A DNA stretch of 64,000 nt. Origin: Zootoca vivipara (lineage: Eukaryota). The position numbers were made by a program, and so were the translations under genes. Below the pieces are notes generated by a model, which saw nothing but the letters and a program-made list of their open reading frames with translations, was not told where the DNA came from and searched no databases. This document shows positions 35,640-48,860 of the stretch, one piece after another. The stretch is from the NCBI RefSeq assembly GCF_963506605.1, contig NC_083281.1, positions 44,268,001 to 44,332,000 of the forward strand, read 5' to 3'. Positions within the stretch are counted from its first letter, which is position 1, and every line of letters begins with the position of its first letter.

Positions 35640-35935
35640 CAGCCCGGACACTGAGATCCAGCGCTGAGGGCCTTCTGGCGGTTCCCTCACTGCGAGAAGC
35701 AAAGCTACAGGGAACCAGGCACAGGGCCTTCTCGGTAGTGGCACCCGCCCTGTGGAATGCCTTCCCATCAGAGGTCAGAGAGATAAAAAACTACCTGACA
35801 TTTAGAAAATACCTAAAGGCAGCCCTGTTTAGGGAAGTTTTTAGTTTGTGATATTTTAATGTATTTTGATGTGTGTTGGAAGCCGCCCAGAGTGGTGGGG
35901 GTGACCCGGCCAGATGGGCGGGGTATAAATAATAA

Positions 35936-35980
<45 letters not shown>
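35640..35980 (+). mobile_element. L2 LINE 3' end
   Basis: ARTLRSSAEGLLAVPSLREAKLQGTRHRAFSVVAPALWNAFPSEVR...FRKYLKAALF, then 3'UTR and (TAT)n. Confidence 0.9.
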
Positions 35981-36595
35981 TGTCTCCCAAGCATTTGGAG
36001 TGATTTGACCGTTTTGACTTTGCCATTCAACTTTACCTCATTTATCGCCTCATTTTTTGGGAGGGGGGTGGTGGAATTCCCTGTTTCGAAATCAAATTTG
36101 ACTCTTCCTACTCTATAATTCTGCCTCATGACAATTTTTCAGTACATTTGGGAGAATGGAAACGAGTTAATCCATGGTCACACACACACACCACAACCTG
36201 CTGCTTTTGCAAAGTCTTGTCATTTCTGCTTTTGACCCCAAAGGGAGTCACTACCTTTCCTGGCTACCTGGAAAGCCAAGGAGCCATGGACATATTGTTG
36301 ACTTTGGGTGACATTCCTGCCATTTGTGTGGGGTGCCAGCATCAAACAAACATTTTTTTTTGGTCACTGCAGAACAGAGATGGAAACTTGGTCCGAACTC
36401 CTGAAAGCAGAGGCATTAAGGTTGCCATTGGGTGAATCCAGTGCATTTGTTGCTGCTAATTATTATGGACAAGCTGCTTTATTGAACCACATCCTCTTAT
36501 CGACATTAGGATGCATGAGCTGAAGCTGTTGTTTTAAACGCACTCATTAACCACACAAATCTGCCCTGTTGACAGAGCGCTTTTGAATTAAGCCC

Positions 36596-36751
36596 NNNNN
36601 NNNNNNNNNNNNNNNNNNNNNNNNNNNNNNNNNNNNNNNNNNNNNNNNNNNNNNNNNNNNNNNNNNNNNNNNNNNNNNNNNNNNNNNNNNNNNNNNNNNN
36701 NNNNNNNNNNNNNNNNNNNNNNNNNNNNNNNNNNNNNNNNNNNNNNNNNNN
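36596..36751. other. Assembly gap
   Basis: Run of N. Confidence 1.
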
Positions 36752-37969
36752 TGATGGCTCCGAGAAATGTACAGTAAGTGCGTTTTGGGGAGAAATAATG
36801 ATGTTGCAACACCTTTCACTGGAAAATGCTCTCAGTACAGAACTTAACTTTTAATAACCTTAATTTAATATAATTAAAATTAAAAAACCCTCTAGTTTTG
36901 CTTTGGAGATCTTTCAGCAAATTGTTTGGCCTGCAGATTAACTCTTGGAATGCCACTAAGGATAACTGGCACCCTTGGCCAGATGTCTCCTCAGCCCAAC
37001 ATCTCTTGCCTTTGCAAAGCTGGGTGCTCTGAGGAGCCACCTTCTTAATAGCCTCAGGTCCTATCCAAGTACTGGGCTTCGTCCCATCTGCTCCCAGGTC
37101 TCATGCAATAGGAAACTCCTTCCCTGACAAACTGGATGGTGTGCAGAGGAGAATGACCAAGATGCTCACAGGTCTGGAAACCAAGCTTTTGGAGGAATGG
37201 TTGAGGGAATATTAGCCCCCCCCCGCCCCCACCTTGCTCTGGTGGATAGCGGCTGTGATAAATTTGTGGCAAAATAAACAAGTTCTCCACACCTCCACCG
37301 CCACAAGGAGGTGCTACTGTCAGAAACACTCTGGCCTGAGTCAAAGACCCCCCCCCCCCAATCTGCATGTTACTGTCCCCCTCTCATGGCGGACCCCTCA
37401 GACTCCCAGCTGGGTTGTCACTTAGGCAGCAAACTGGGCTCTGGATTGACTCCACTAACCCACCTAAGCTGTTTGTTGAGTCTCCCCGGCAAGCTGTTTC
37501 CCCTGTTCAAAAGCATTGCTGTACCTCATTGCCACTGATATATTTATCTTTGTGGGCACTTTTCAATAGCCTACACATTTGCATTCCCATTATTCGGCTT
37601 GAGAGCTGCATTGCAAATTTCAGGCATGTGCAAATTTCAAGGGGTGCTTTCTGTTCAGGAATTGTTTGGTAAGGTGTGAATTAAATGTGAACCTTTGGGA
37701 GAGCATTTGCAACCCAGAAAAACTGCAGTGGGTCCCACACCCAGCCAAGCACACTCTACAACCTGTTCTATTGACATCACAGCAAGCACACATACACACC
37801 CCTTGGGCACCACGTTGGCACCAAATCCTCAGATTTGTCTTTAAAAGCAAAGGATAATGGAGTCTACTAAAAAAGATTTGTAAAAATCCTGTTGGGGGTC
37901 TTAACAAGTTTTGTTTGCTGTGGAAACATGGATTTACACAGACTTTCTTTCCCCCTTTCACGTCAATAG

Positions 37970-38193
37970 AAAGGTAAAGGGACCCCTGACCATTAGGTCC
38001 AGCCATGACAGACTCTGGGGTTGCAGCGCTCATCTCACATTGTTGGCCGAGGGGGCCAGCGCACAGCTTCCAGGTCATGTTGCCAGCATGACAAAGCCAC
38101 TTCTGGCGAACCAGAGCAGCACACGGAAACACCGTTTACCTTCCCGCTGTAGTGGTACCTATTTATCTACTTGCACTTTGACGTGCTTTCGAA
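37970..38193 (-). mobile_element. 5'-truncated Sauria SINE
   Basis: AAAGGTAAAGGGACCCCTGACCATTAGGTCCAG tail (ACCTTT repeats on minus). Homologous to the 26835 copy. Confidence 0.9.
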
Positions 38194-38500
38194 GGATTGT
38201 TTTGAACCTCCTGACAAGTCATTAATGGAATTGTATTGGAAGATGTTGTGGAAATGAGGTCCTTAGAGTGAGAGGGTGGGGAAAGGGGGGGGGGAATGGA
38301 AGGTTCAGCTCTCATGTCTGTACATTTTAAATTCAGGAGTCGAAACTCCTACGCTTCTTGTTCATTTCTGGCTTAGGATGGGCTGTGTGGCTGAAGTTGC
38401 ACTAGTTTGCTCCATGTTTGCACCAACAAAGGTCCAATAACCTGCATGCCATGCTTGGACAACATGTAGACATTATTATACATTGTTGGTTTGTGTAAGT

Positions 38501-38685
38501 CAGCGGTGGCCAACTCCCAAGAGACTGTGATCCACTCACAGAGTTAAAAACTGGCAGTGATCTATCCCCCTTTTTTGGGGTTCAGGTTGAGCTTTTTTTA
38601 GGGAGGAGAAAGTCCCAGTGATCTACCGTCCGTAGGCGTCCAGTGATCTACCGGTAGATCCCGATCTACCTGTTGGACGTGCTTG
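38501..38685. mobile_element. hAT-Charlie MITE (family of 21833, reversed and deleted)
   Basis: CAGCGGTGGCCAACTCCCAA ... GATCTACCGGTAGATC..CCTGTTGGACGTGCTTG, with TGTAAGT on both flanks. Confidence 0.8.
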
Positions 38686-39247
38686 TAAGTGATAAGAGAG
38701 TTAATAGCAAATGTTGTGATATTGTATATTGTATTGTATATTAATCTTATTGCTAGATGCAGGAACAGTGGAGCATGGCATGGCTGCAGTCCTGTGTACC
38801 CTCACACGAAGGCCAGCTCCACCGAACACAGCGGGACTTACTTCTGAGTAAAAATGCATACGGTTTTTTGTTAGCAATTGCAGCTAAGTCACACCATCGG
38901 TATACTTCATCATTACATATCATGGCAAAATACATCACTCCAACAGAGAGGGCAGCAAATATTAACTTCAGGAATGAAGTTGTCGCATTGAGTCCATCCC
39001 AATGCTTATTTACTTGAAGGCAAGAAAGCCCTGCTGAATGCAGTTGGATTTACTCCCAAGAAAGCATCTATTGGATGGCAGTCTTGGGATTCCCCACTTT
39101 TCCCGCTGGTTCTATTCCTGCGTCTTTGTCGCCAGCTTGATGTGAAGAAATGAAGCTTGGCATTAATATTAAGGAAAGGAGCTTTGAGCCTGAGCTCCTG
39201 TGCACCTGCTTAGAAAGAGATTTATTCCTTGAAGTGGACTAGATAAA

Positions 39248-39795
39248 GGGAAGTAATAGTACCACTGTATTCTGCTCTGGTCAGACCTCACCTGGAGTAC
39301 TGTGTCCAGTTCTGGGCACCGCAGTTCAAGAAGGATACTGACAAGCTGGAACGTGTCCAGAAGAGGGCAACCAAAATGGTCAAAGGCCTGGAAACGATGC
39401 CTTATGAGGAACGGCTTAGGGAGCTGGGTATGTTTAGCTTGGAGAAGAGAAGGTTAAGGGGTGATATGATAGCCATGTTCAAATATATAAAAGGATGTCA
39501 TATAGAAGAGGGAGAAAGGTTGTTTTCTGCTGCTCCAGAGAAGCGGACATGGAGCAATGGATTCAAACTACAAGAAAGAAGATTCCACCTAAACATTAGG
39601 AAGAACTTCCTGACAGTAAGAGCTGTTCGGCAGTGGAATTTGCTACCAAGGAGTGTGGTGGAGTCTCCTTCTTTGGAGGTCTTTAAGCAGAGGCTTGACA
39701 GGCATATGTCAAGAATGCTTTGATGGTGTTTCCTGCTCGGCAGGGGGTTGGACTGGATGGCCCTTGTGGTCTCTTCCAACTCTATGATTCTATGA
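39248..39795 (+). mobile_element. Young CR1 3' fragment with uninterrupted ORF2 C-terminus
   Basis: [48 protein letters not shown]...DRHMSRML*, then CTATGATTCTATGA tail. Confidence 0.95.
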
Positions 39796-40320
39796 CTTTT
39801 CAATGGGGATGGCTTGGATTTCCCTTTTTCTGGAGAGTTACGAGGTGGGGGTGGGCCACAGCAGACCAGCCAACAGCATGAGTCTAGAATTATAATCTAG
39901 TATGGGAGGAAAATAGAGAAGAACTGGTGCCATAAGATGCTGCCAACTTCACAGTTTGGGTACAAGGCAGTGATAGCTGCCTCCACTCTCTGCAGCATCT
40001 AAAAGATTGCCAAGATTTTTGCAAAGGGTTTTGCAGTCCTAAAACAAGGTCTCCTTTCCCTCTGCTACTTCCTAGGTGGTCGCAGAAACATATAGTTATT
40101 ATCCCATAATTAACTGTATTTGGGGTTCAGTGACTGTAGAGCTGCATTTTGTTTATTGAACTGATTTATTGTTTATGGAACTGATATTGTTTCTCTTTAT
40201 TTATTAAAAAAAATGAAATACAACAGAACAGTAGAAGAACCTGGGCTCCAATGCATTTGGGTCATAAAAAATGTAGTCGGTGTGTGTCCTGGAGAGAGTT
40301 TTGAACCTGGGAGACTAGAG

Positions 40321-40322
<2 letters not shown>

Positions 40323-40358
<36 letters not shown>
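40323..40358. repeat. (CA)n microsatellite
   Basis: Direct reading. Confidence 0.95.
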
Positions 40359-40360
<2 letters not shown>

Positions 40361-41249
40361 ATTCACAAAGAATGACATAAAAGGAGCTTGGAGGCCAAGA
40401 GGGAAAAGATACATGCAAGGTCTGGAAATGATGGTCCAAGCGACTGACCACTTCAGCTGATAGCCAAGACTGCAAATTTCCTTGACATCCAGGCAACTCA
40501 ATCCCTAAAGGAAAATATTTAGTGTAATTACGCCACTGGTCTTCTTAATGCTTAGCACTGAGGGTAGAAATTTATTTATACTCTGTTCGAAAAATGAATA
40601 GGGAAAATCTCTCTATCTTTCTCTTTTCTTCCCTCTCTCTGCCACCTTGACAAATGCTTAGAAGGAGTCCTGCAGCATTAAGCCCAGTCAGGAGCATCAA
40701 GATTTCACCATGAAAAAGCAGCAGATTTAAGCAAAATGTTGCCCGGCAACTCAAGAATTACCTCTGCAACTCATTGTTTCTTCCAGCCCATTAACACGTC
40801 AGATCCTGGTGGCGCTTTGACATCTAAACATGCCTTGGAGGGCTGCAACTCAATTTAAGACTCTCTTCCTTTGAATAGGCCAACCGGCAGATATTCACCA
40901 AACCGGAGTGGAAGTCTCAGGACACCCTTTGATCATGCGGTTTCTTAAATTAAAAACAAAATTGTAAGTGTTAAACATCTTTAACAAGTCATTAAACCAC
41001 AGCCGTAATCTGGGAAGACTCCCTTAATGATTCACAGCATATGTCGGGAAGGCCCTTATCCGCTCACTGCTCCTGGCTGCCAAGAGAAGTTATGGGATGG
41101 AATAGCACCACAGTGTTCAAAAGGGATGCATCATTCTTAATGAGAGGATAATTTGACACTACTCTTCAAAGGACCCTGGAGGAGTTGTCTTCATTAAGCT
41201 TGACTCCGAGAAGTTGTGGCAGCCCAAGCACCTCCCCCCTTGTTGGAAC

Positions 41250-41582
41250 ATTCAGGACACATAAAAAGGAGCCCTTCTTCACTCAGCGCCATCATTAAAC
41301 TATGGAACTCCCTCCCTCAGGAGGCAGTGACGGCCACCAACTTGGAGGGCTTTAAAAGAGGATAGGACAAATTCATGCCATGACAGCTATGGTCTGCTTC
41401 CACAGTTGGAAGCAGCAATGCTTCTGAATAGCAGTTGCTGGAAACTGCAGGAGGGGAGAGGGCTCTTGTGCTTGAGGCCTGCTTGAGTGTTTCCCACAGG
41501 CATCTCAGTTGGCCACCGTGAGAACAGGATGCTGGACAAGATGGGCCATGGGTCTGATCCAGCAGGGTCTTATGTTCTTATG
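41250..41582 (+). mobile_element. CR1-type LINE 3' fragment
   Basis: TTCAGGACACATAAAAGGA..TTCTTCACTCAGCGC...TTTAAAAGAGGATAGGACAAATTCATG...TCTTATGTTCTTATG. Confidence 0.78.
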
Positions 41583-42889
41583 CAGCCGATAGCAGGAGAA
41601 AGAGTAGGGAGGAGCCAGGAGAAGGGTGGTCAATGGGCAGGACTCTTCTCAGCCATGTTGAACTCCACACAGGAAAGAATCTGAGCAAGAAGAACACCAA
41701 GGTTTTCAGAGAAGCTTCAGAGGCCCACTTATGCACTCACCTTTAAGAGCAGCCAGAAGGTGTACCTCTGCACCTAGGCTCCCTTGCGCCTTTGGCAAGG
41801 AGCTAATAGCACTGCTGCCCAACTGGGATGGGGTCCCGCTAAGCTGCTGCGATGGAGCCAGAGGGGAGAGGCATGATTTTTGTGCCCCTTGCTGGGCCTG
41901 CTCCCTTGGCTAACCAAATCCTAAGTACCCCCTGCCCTGAGAGCAGTTAGGCTAGCAGCGACCAGGGACTAGTTCATCTCAGTGGTGATATCCAACCAAT
42001 GGAGTTCCCTTTCAAGAAACATGTGGCAGGTTCCTTTAGTTCATATTTTTAAGGAAATTTCAAAAACTCATTTGCTTCCCTTGAGACATTTTATTATTTA
42101 GGTTGTTGCTTTTGGGGTTATTGTATCTTGTATTACTGGACATATTTAATCTGGCTGTTTTTTTAATTATTATTGCAGGGATGGCTGTTGACTGAGCTTC
42201 TTTATGAGTTGTTTATGGGGAGATTAGATGAAGTTGCATCAAGCAACCACCACTCCACAATTTCCAGTGTATCTGTTTTAGATTCTTTTGGAGGATGCCC
42301 AACATAAGCATAAATGCCTGAGTGTGGACAGAGCCCTGAGCATCACTGCCTCCCAGAGCTTAGCAGTTTGGGGGCTTAAGCACTCACAAGGGCAGGGAAA
42401 GGGAGGAGGAGTAAACAGCCTTTGTTCGGGCAGACACCACAAGCCCATGTTACTATGACAGCAGCAGCAACCATTTCCTCTCCTCTGAGCCAGTGGTTCA
42501 CTTGTGTCTGGATTTGAGCCCCTGGGAATCCTCCTCCTGCCTTTGGGTTTGCATGTGGAAGTTCAGATATCAATTGTGATGCAATAACAATAGGCCCATC
42601 AAAAGAAAACCATGTCATGGAAGAGTCAAAATCCATTCCCAAACAGCTGCTTGCATAGAAAGATCCACAGAAGGAAGAAGTTCTTGGTTTAGTTTAGTTT
42701 AGTTTCCTCCCTCCTTTTCCCACCACACCTCTGCAGTGTAAGAAATTTCTGAATGAAAGGAGGTTTGGGACACTGAGAAGGGGGCCTGGAGCCCTCCTGT
42801 AAAGGTATTTGTGGCTACCTGGTGAGAGGAGGAGAGCTCTGGAGAAAGGCTGTCTGCCAGTTGGTTCTTGCTCGGAGCCTGTTTAGCTT

Positions 42890-43115
42890 TATTTATTTAT
42901 TTCCCACGTTTTTCTCCAGGGAGCTCAAAATGGCATAACATGGTTCTCCCCATCTTCATTTAATCCCCACAACAACCCTGTGAGGTGGGTTAGCCCAAGA
43001 AGCAGTGACTGGTCCCCAGGGTCATCCAGTGAGTTTCATGGCTCAGTAGGGATTTGAACCCTGGTCTCCCAGTTTCTAGACTGACAGTCTAACCATTACA
43101 GCATACTGACTCTCC
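42890..43115 (-). mobile_element. Old tRNA-derived SINE
   Basis: Reverse homology to 10553-10777. Confidence 0.7.
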
Positions 43116-45730
43116 TTAGAGTTAGGGCTGAACTTCTAGGGCAGTTCAATTTTTTTTAAAAAAAGTGTTTTAATTCCGAACTGCAGCAGTCAAGAACAAA
43201 TCCCAGTTAAGGGTGGCAGGAAAAACTGAAGCCAGAGGACATCAGAATCATTGCAGACTCTTAATCTTCACTTGTGGGGTCTGCTACTTTGAAAACCACT
43301 GTTTTTTTTAAAAAAATTAATTGGTTGTATTTCTGTCTTACTTTTGTATTCTGTTGGTTTTGTGTGAACTGCCTTGTGTGCTTCTGTAGAAAGGCAGTGT
43401 AGGCACATTAATTATTATTCCAGATATGTGGTGATGAGAACAGTTTTATATTTATTGAATCGTTGTGATAACTGCATTGAACCAAGGAAAGGCCATATGC
43501 AAAATGAAAAGCAAGGAAGATTCGAGGTGGGGAAACTGAGTCCTTGGATGCAAAACTGTCCTTGGCGATAGCCTGTGGGGGCCTTTCCAGCTCTCCTTTG
43601 CAAGAGGTTTTGTTCTCTGTGTTCTGATCTTATGAGGCAGGAACTGTGGAAGAGAATTCCCAGCAACAGCTCCTGGACAGGATTGGTGCAGAAGCTGCCA
43701 GCTGATTAATCAGGTCCCTCCTTGAATGGTTGATCACCCAGATACAGCTGAAAGGGAGCCGTCATCATCCAACAGCATCTTTGACGTGCCAGAGTGCTCC
43801 ACTTTGACACATGAGAGGCAGCAATACTAGTGAGCATGTGCAGAGTGCTCTGCTTGCTTAGTGGCTTCTTGACAGCCTTGACTTGAGACTTGCATCTGGC
43901 ACTCTGTTCTCCACTAGTTCCTTCTCTCCTCCTTTCTTTCTTTTTCTTCAACATCTCCAGTGTGCATAATTACCCTCTCATACCCTGTGGGCCAACCCAT
44001 GTAATGCAAAGTGTAATGTTTGCAAAACAATTTTAGATACAGTTAAGGCAACTTTGTGAAGGGTGTTCTCAATGAGTGAGTTGTGCATTTATTACATATA
44101 TAGATAAAAGATTGGGCTGCAGCCTCAAGAAGACCTATGGTGAGGACTATATTGTTTCATTGATTTAAACAATTTATATAATGCTTATGTTAAAAGAAAC
44201 CTCCAAGCAGTGTACAGCACATATTAAGACATTTTACATTGGGGGGGGGGAAATGCAAAAAGTACCCCAGAGAATTTCCACGCCCTGCAAGGGACAATTA
44301 ACAATGAAGAAGGAAAAAAAGCTGTCTCCTCTTTAGAGTCAAAATGAACATGACACAAGGAAAACCTCACAGAAAATGGTGAAACAGAATATCCTCTAAA
44401 CATCGGGAAATAGAATGTTACAAGTGAAAACTAACCAAAAAGTATCAGTTCATGTATTTAAATAATATGATAACTAATTAGGCAAAAGAAGGGTCCGCTC
44501 TCTCTTCCCATCCACCCAATGAAACCAACCAACTCAGTTAGATCCCCAGCCGCCTATTCAAAAATAAACACAACTTTAACTACAACTAGAAACACTTCCC
44601 AGTCAGTTCATCTCCAGCACACCCTTAAATGATCAACAAGGAAGCACAATAGAAGAGTTGGAAGGGATCCTGCAGTGCAGGAATCTCAACTAAAGCACCC
44701 GGGACAGATGACCACCCAAATGCTGCTTAAAAACCTCCAATGAAGCAGGTGTTTCATCAATGAAACACACATAAACACCCTCAACCGGTCCACTCGTTTC
44801 TCACACACCTGCCAACCACATTCTCCATGCTCTGCAACCACTCCCATAATTCAACAGTTCATCCCATCTTGTGGAATAGCCACACGTTCAATCTAATACA
44901 TCTATGGCTTAGAGATGTGAGTTATTTACACTAGAAATTGATTTATCCATTTGATAATTAGTAACCTTCAATACTTACAAAAAAACCTTTTAGCAATCAG
45001 TTGGCATTTAATTAACACACAATAACTGTCTTATTAAATCTGCAATAAATGCCTGTTGGAGTTAATTAAAGCTCAGACCTTGGTGTGGGTGAACCCACCA
45101 CCCCACCAGGTGATTCTTGGGGGAGAGTTCTTGGTAGAAACTCTCAGCACAGGAGCTATCAATATCTCCTGCTCTAGCCTGCATTGTGAATACAGAGGTT
45201 GCTCTGCTGCATGGCCTCTCTGCTGCATGGAATATCCTAAGCTCTGGAACTGAAGATTCAGAACAGGCACAATTAAATTTGCTACCACTAGATGACCACT
45301 AAATTTGCTACCACTAAATTGGACCACTTTTGGAATTTGCTACCACTAGATGACGAAAGACATGGGCGTACCCAGGATCAAAGCTAGGGGGGGCACACCA
45401 GCCACGCCCCCAGCCATGCCCCCCAGCCACCCGATTGGCTAGCTGGCAATGACATGGCCAGGATCCCCCCAGGAGGCATGGTCAACGTCCACACCCCCCC
45501 AGAGGAAAGGGGGCCGTTTGCAAGGCAGCACACGGAGCCACCTGTGCTTGCACTCCTGCCTCGCCCGCTCCTTTAATGGCAGCAGTGACTAAAACGAGGC
45601 AGCAGCAGCGAAGCTGCCTCTGTTGAAGGAAACCTGGACCTGGACCTGGGCTAACTTCAGCCCACACTCTTTCAAGTCACAGCGAGCACAGCACAGAAAG
45701 TGCTGCCCCACAATGCTCCACGGCACTTCA

Positions 45731-46516
45731 TGTCAGGAGTATGGGCAGGAGTCAGGCTCTGGGGCCTGTAGTGCTTTGCAGGTCTGGGGCCTGCCTCAGC
45801 TTGTGCTGGGGAAGCAAGGCGTGGCCACACAGGTGAAGACATCAGCTTGTGCTGGAGAGGCAGGGAGTAGTCACCCAGGTGAGGCCACTTGAGATCTCAC
45901 TGCACCTGGTGGCAGGAGCTGGGAGGGATAAAAGCCCAGCATTTCCCTTCAGCTCTTTGCCACAGCAACGCTATCCCTGCCTGGTTGCATCTGGCCTCTT
46001 GCTCCTTGCTCCGTGGACCCTTGCCTTGCCGACGTCTTGATCCTTGCTCCGTGGACCCTTGCCTTGGCCACAGCAACGCTATCCGTGCCTGGTTGCCTCT
46101 GGCCTCTTGCTCCTTGAACCCTTGCCTTGCTGACATCTTGATCCTTGCTCCGTGGACCCTTGCCTTGCTGACGTCTTGATCCTTGCTCCGTGGACCCTTG
46201 CCTTGCCGACGTCTTGATCCTTGCTCCGTGGACCCTTGCCTTGCCGACGCCTTGATCCTCTACCCTTGTACCTTCGCCTTGCTTCTTGACCCTTGGACCT
46301 TCGCCTTGCTTCTTTATCCTTGAGCCTTCGCCTTGCTCCTTGCTCCTTGGACCTTCGCCTTGCCGACGCCTTGCTCCTTGACTCCCAGACCTTCGCCTCT
46401 GCCTTGCTCCTTGACCCTGCGACTGCCTGCTGCTGGACCCTCAGCCCTGCACCTGTTCCTGCTTCTACACCACCATCTTGCCTCTGGTCCTGACGCCCGC
46501 CGACCGGACCGTGACA
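45731..46516 (+). mobile_element. Solo LTR (Gypsy/ERV-type), 786 bp
   Basis: TGTCA...TGACA termini, 5-bp TSD CTTCA (45726-45730, 46517-46521), TATA-like GGATAAAAG near 45926 and a pyrimidine-rich tandem array. Confidence 0.85.
46000..46420 (+). repeat. 38-bp minisatellite within the LTR
   Basis: Unit CTTGATCCTTGCTCCGTGGACCCTTGCCTTGCCGACGT repeated, then degenerating into CCTTCGCCTTGC units. Confidence 0.9.
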
Positions 46517-48464
46517 CTTCATATGAGGTGCCGCGGAGCATTGTAGGGCAGCACTTTCTGTGCTGTGCTCGCTGTGACTTGAAGGAGTGTGGGCTGAAGT
46601 TAGCCCAGGTCCAGGTCCAGGTTTCCTTCAACGGAGGCAGCTTCGCTGCCGCTGCTACCATTTTGCTTCAGCCAAGCAGGCTGAGGCGGAGCACAGCAGG
46701 CAGCGTCCCTACCTGTCCTCTCCAGCTGCCCTGCTTCTAGGGGGGCAACTGCCCCCCTGCCCCATGCTGGGTACGCCCATGACGAAAGAGAATTGAGTCC
46801 ATTCATGGAAAATGAATCTGCCAAAGTCATCATGATGTCTACATGCCTTTGGCATGTACACCAAGGTTCATAGACTGCAGGCCTTTAACTTCCAGCCATT
46901 AGGGAGCAACAACAAGACTTGGTCATGGTTCCCAAAGTGGGTGGTGCCCAGGGGCTGCTATCAAAGTGATTGGCTGACTCCCCTGTCACTTTATTTCACC
47001 AACACCACCCCATTCTAATCCCACTAGGATTGCACACATCCATGTTTCCACAGCCAAAATAGCAGCGCCAAAGATGGCCATTTGCACCAGGGGAATTAGA
47101 GTGTGTATATGTGGTAGGTGGGGGCAGGGAGAAGGGTTTCTGCTTTAGGAAAAAGAAAAGATGCCTGGAGATTCAACCACAGATCGATGTTCAGTCCTCC
47201 TTGGCCCTTGCCCACTGTTCTGCTGCCAGCCCATAGATAGCTGGAACATGAACCTTACTGTGTGTATTAGCAACTTTGAATGCAGCCAAGCTCTGAGCCA
47301 TTGATAAAATTGCACTTTGGTTCGCAGCATCCTCAAGGGGACAGGTGGGGCTGTAGAGGCCATCAAGCCCAGCCTCCTGCTCAAAGCAGGGACCCCAGAG
47401 ACTCAGCCACAGGGGTAATAGCCCAGCTTCTGCTCAACGGCCCCCACCAGCCCTTGAAGTCTTTTGCTCCCGCTCAAAAAGCATCTCATGATGCTCAGCC
47501 AAAGCCTATCATCCTGTCACTTAAGACCACGACATCCAGCCCTGCCCTCTTCTGTGTGGAGACAGCACTTCAGAGCGTCATCAAGGCTCCCTGTGCCCGC
47601 CCCCACCCCCGGTTACCCAGTGATGGATATACAATAGCCAGGACATGAGGATTGCTATCTAAGTACAATGTTGCCCATTGAAGGAAATAAACGCAGGGTA
47701 TTAAATGTTAAAAACTGTGTTAAATTAGATAAGAAAATCCCATGTAGACTTTGCTAATGATTCATAATCAGCTAATAAGCTCATCTCTAGGAGAATAATG
47801 ATCCACAGACCTGTGAGCTCATTTATCACGATGTTTTACAACACTGGCAAAGAAACTAATTAAATCCCAGCATCGTTACATAGAATTCCTTTTAATAGAG
47901 ATACAATGATGCACTGGAGGCTACAGATTACGCGGCTGCAAATTGTACCCAGAGACTTCGGACAGCAGGTTTTAATTAACATGTTGGTGTGATGCCACTC
48001 GGTGGAAGGAGTAACTAACCAGGAAGCAGCTGCACTTGGAAAATTAGGCAGCTGGGGGGGGGGGAAGAGTTGTTGTGGGAAGAAGGAGGATGGCGAGGAA
48101 GAAGGGACTGTGCTGGAATCTGCCATCCTGCCAGGGCTGGGGGAAGGGACCATAGGGCTGGGGGAGGACTGTAGGTCTAGAGACTCTAGAGAGCAACTGC
48201 TGCCAGTCAGTGTAGACAATACTGAGCTACATGGACCCAATGGTCTGACTCAGTGTAAGGCAGTTTCCTATGTACCAAGAGGGGATCTGAGGCTGTTGCA
48301 CAGGTAAATGAGGCAGCAGGAAGCCTCCCAGACCCTCTTAGTGCTTTTCCTTTTCACAGAGCTTGTTTTGCTCCAGCTGACAGAGAGGGAGAGGAAGGCC
48401 ATCCAGCAATGGACTTCCTTCCTCCCAGAGTTGTTTTCCTATCTGAAAATGGGCTTTTTCTCAT

Positions 48465-48860
48465 AAGAAGATAAGAAGAGCCAGCTGGATCAGGTCAGTG
48501 GCCCATCTAGTCTAGCATCCTGTTCTCACAGTGGCTACCCAGATGCCCTAAAGGGAAGCCAGCAAGCAGGATTCAAGCACAACAGCCCTCTCCCCTCTTG
48601 TGGCTTCCAGCAATTGGCATTCAGAAGCATTGCTGCCTCCAGTTGTGGAGGCACACCATCGCCACTGCGACTAGTAGCTATCAATAGACCTCTCCTGCCT
48701 GAATTTGTCTAATCCTCTTTTACAGCCAACTTAGTGGGAGACCATTACTGCCTCCTGCGGGAGTGAGTTCCACAGTTAAACTCTGTGCTGCATTGAAGAA
48801 GTTCTTTCTTTCATCCGTCCTGAATCTTCCAGCATTCAGCTTCAATGGAAGTCCATGAGG
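48465..48860 (-). mobile_element. CR1-type LINE 3' fragment
   Basis: CATAAGAAGATAAGAAGAGCCAGCTGGATCAGG...GAATTTGTCTAATCCTCTTT...GTCCTGAATCTTCC. Confidence 0.8.

Larger units (their letters stand above)
45361..46781. mobile_element. hAT non-autonomous element containing an internal palindrome and a nested solo LTR
   Basis: TIR CATGGGCGTACCCAG / CTGGGTACGCCCATG, perfect TSD ACGAAAGA (45353-45360, 46782-46789) and inner inverted arms ~45605-45730 and 46522-46648. Confidence 0.92.

Noticed and set aside
39376-39723. 115-aa ORF as a host gene
   Set aside because: It is the CR1 ORF2 C-terminus.
46000-46260. 38-bp repeats as a CRISPR-like array
   Set aside because: Head-to-tail with no unique spacers, inside a eukaryotic LTR.
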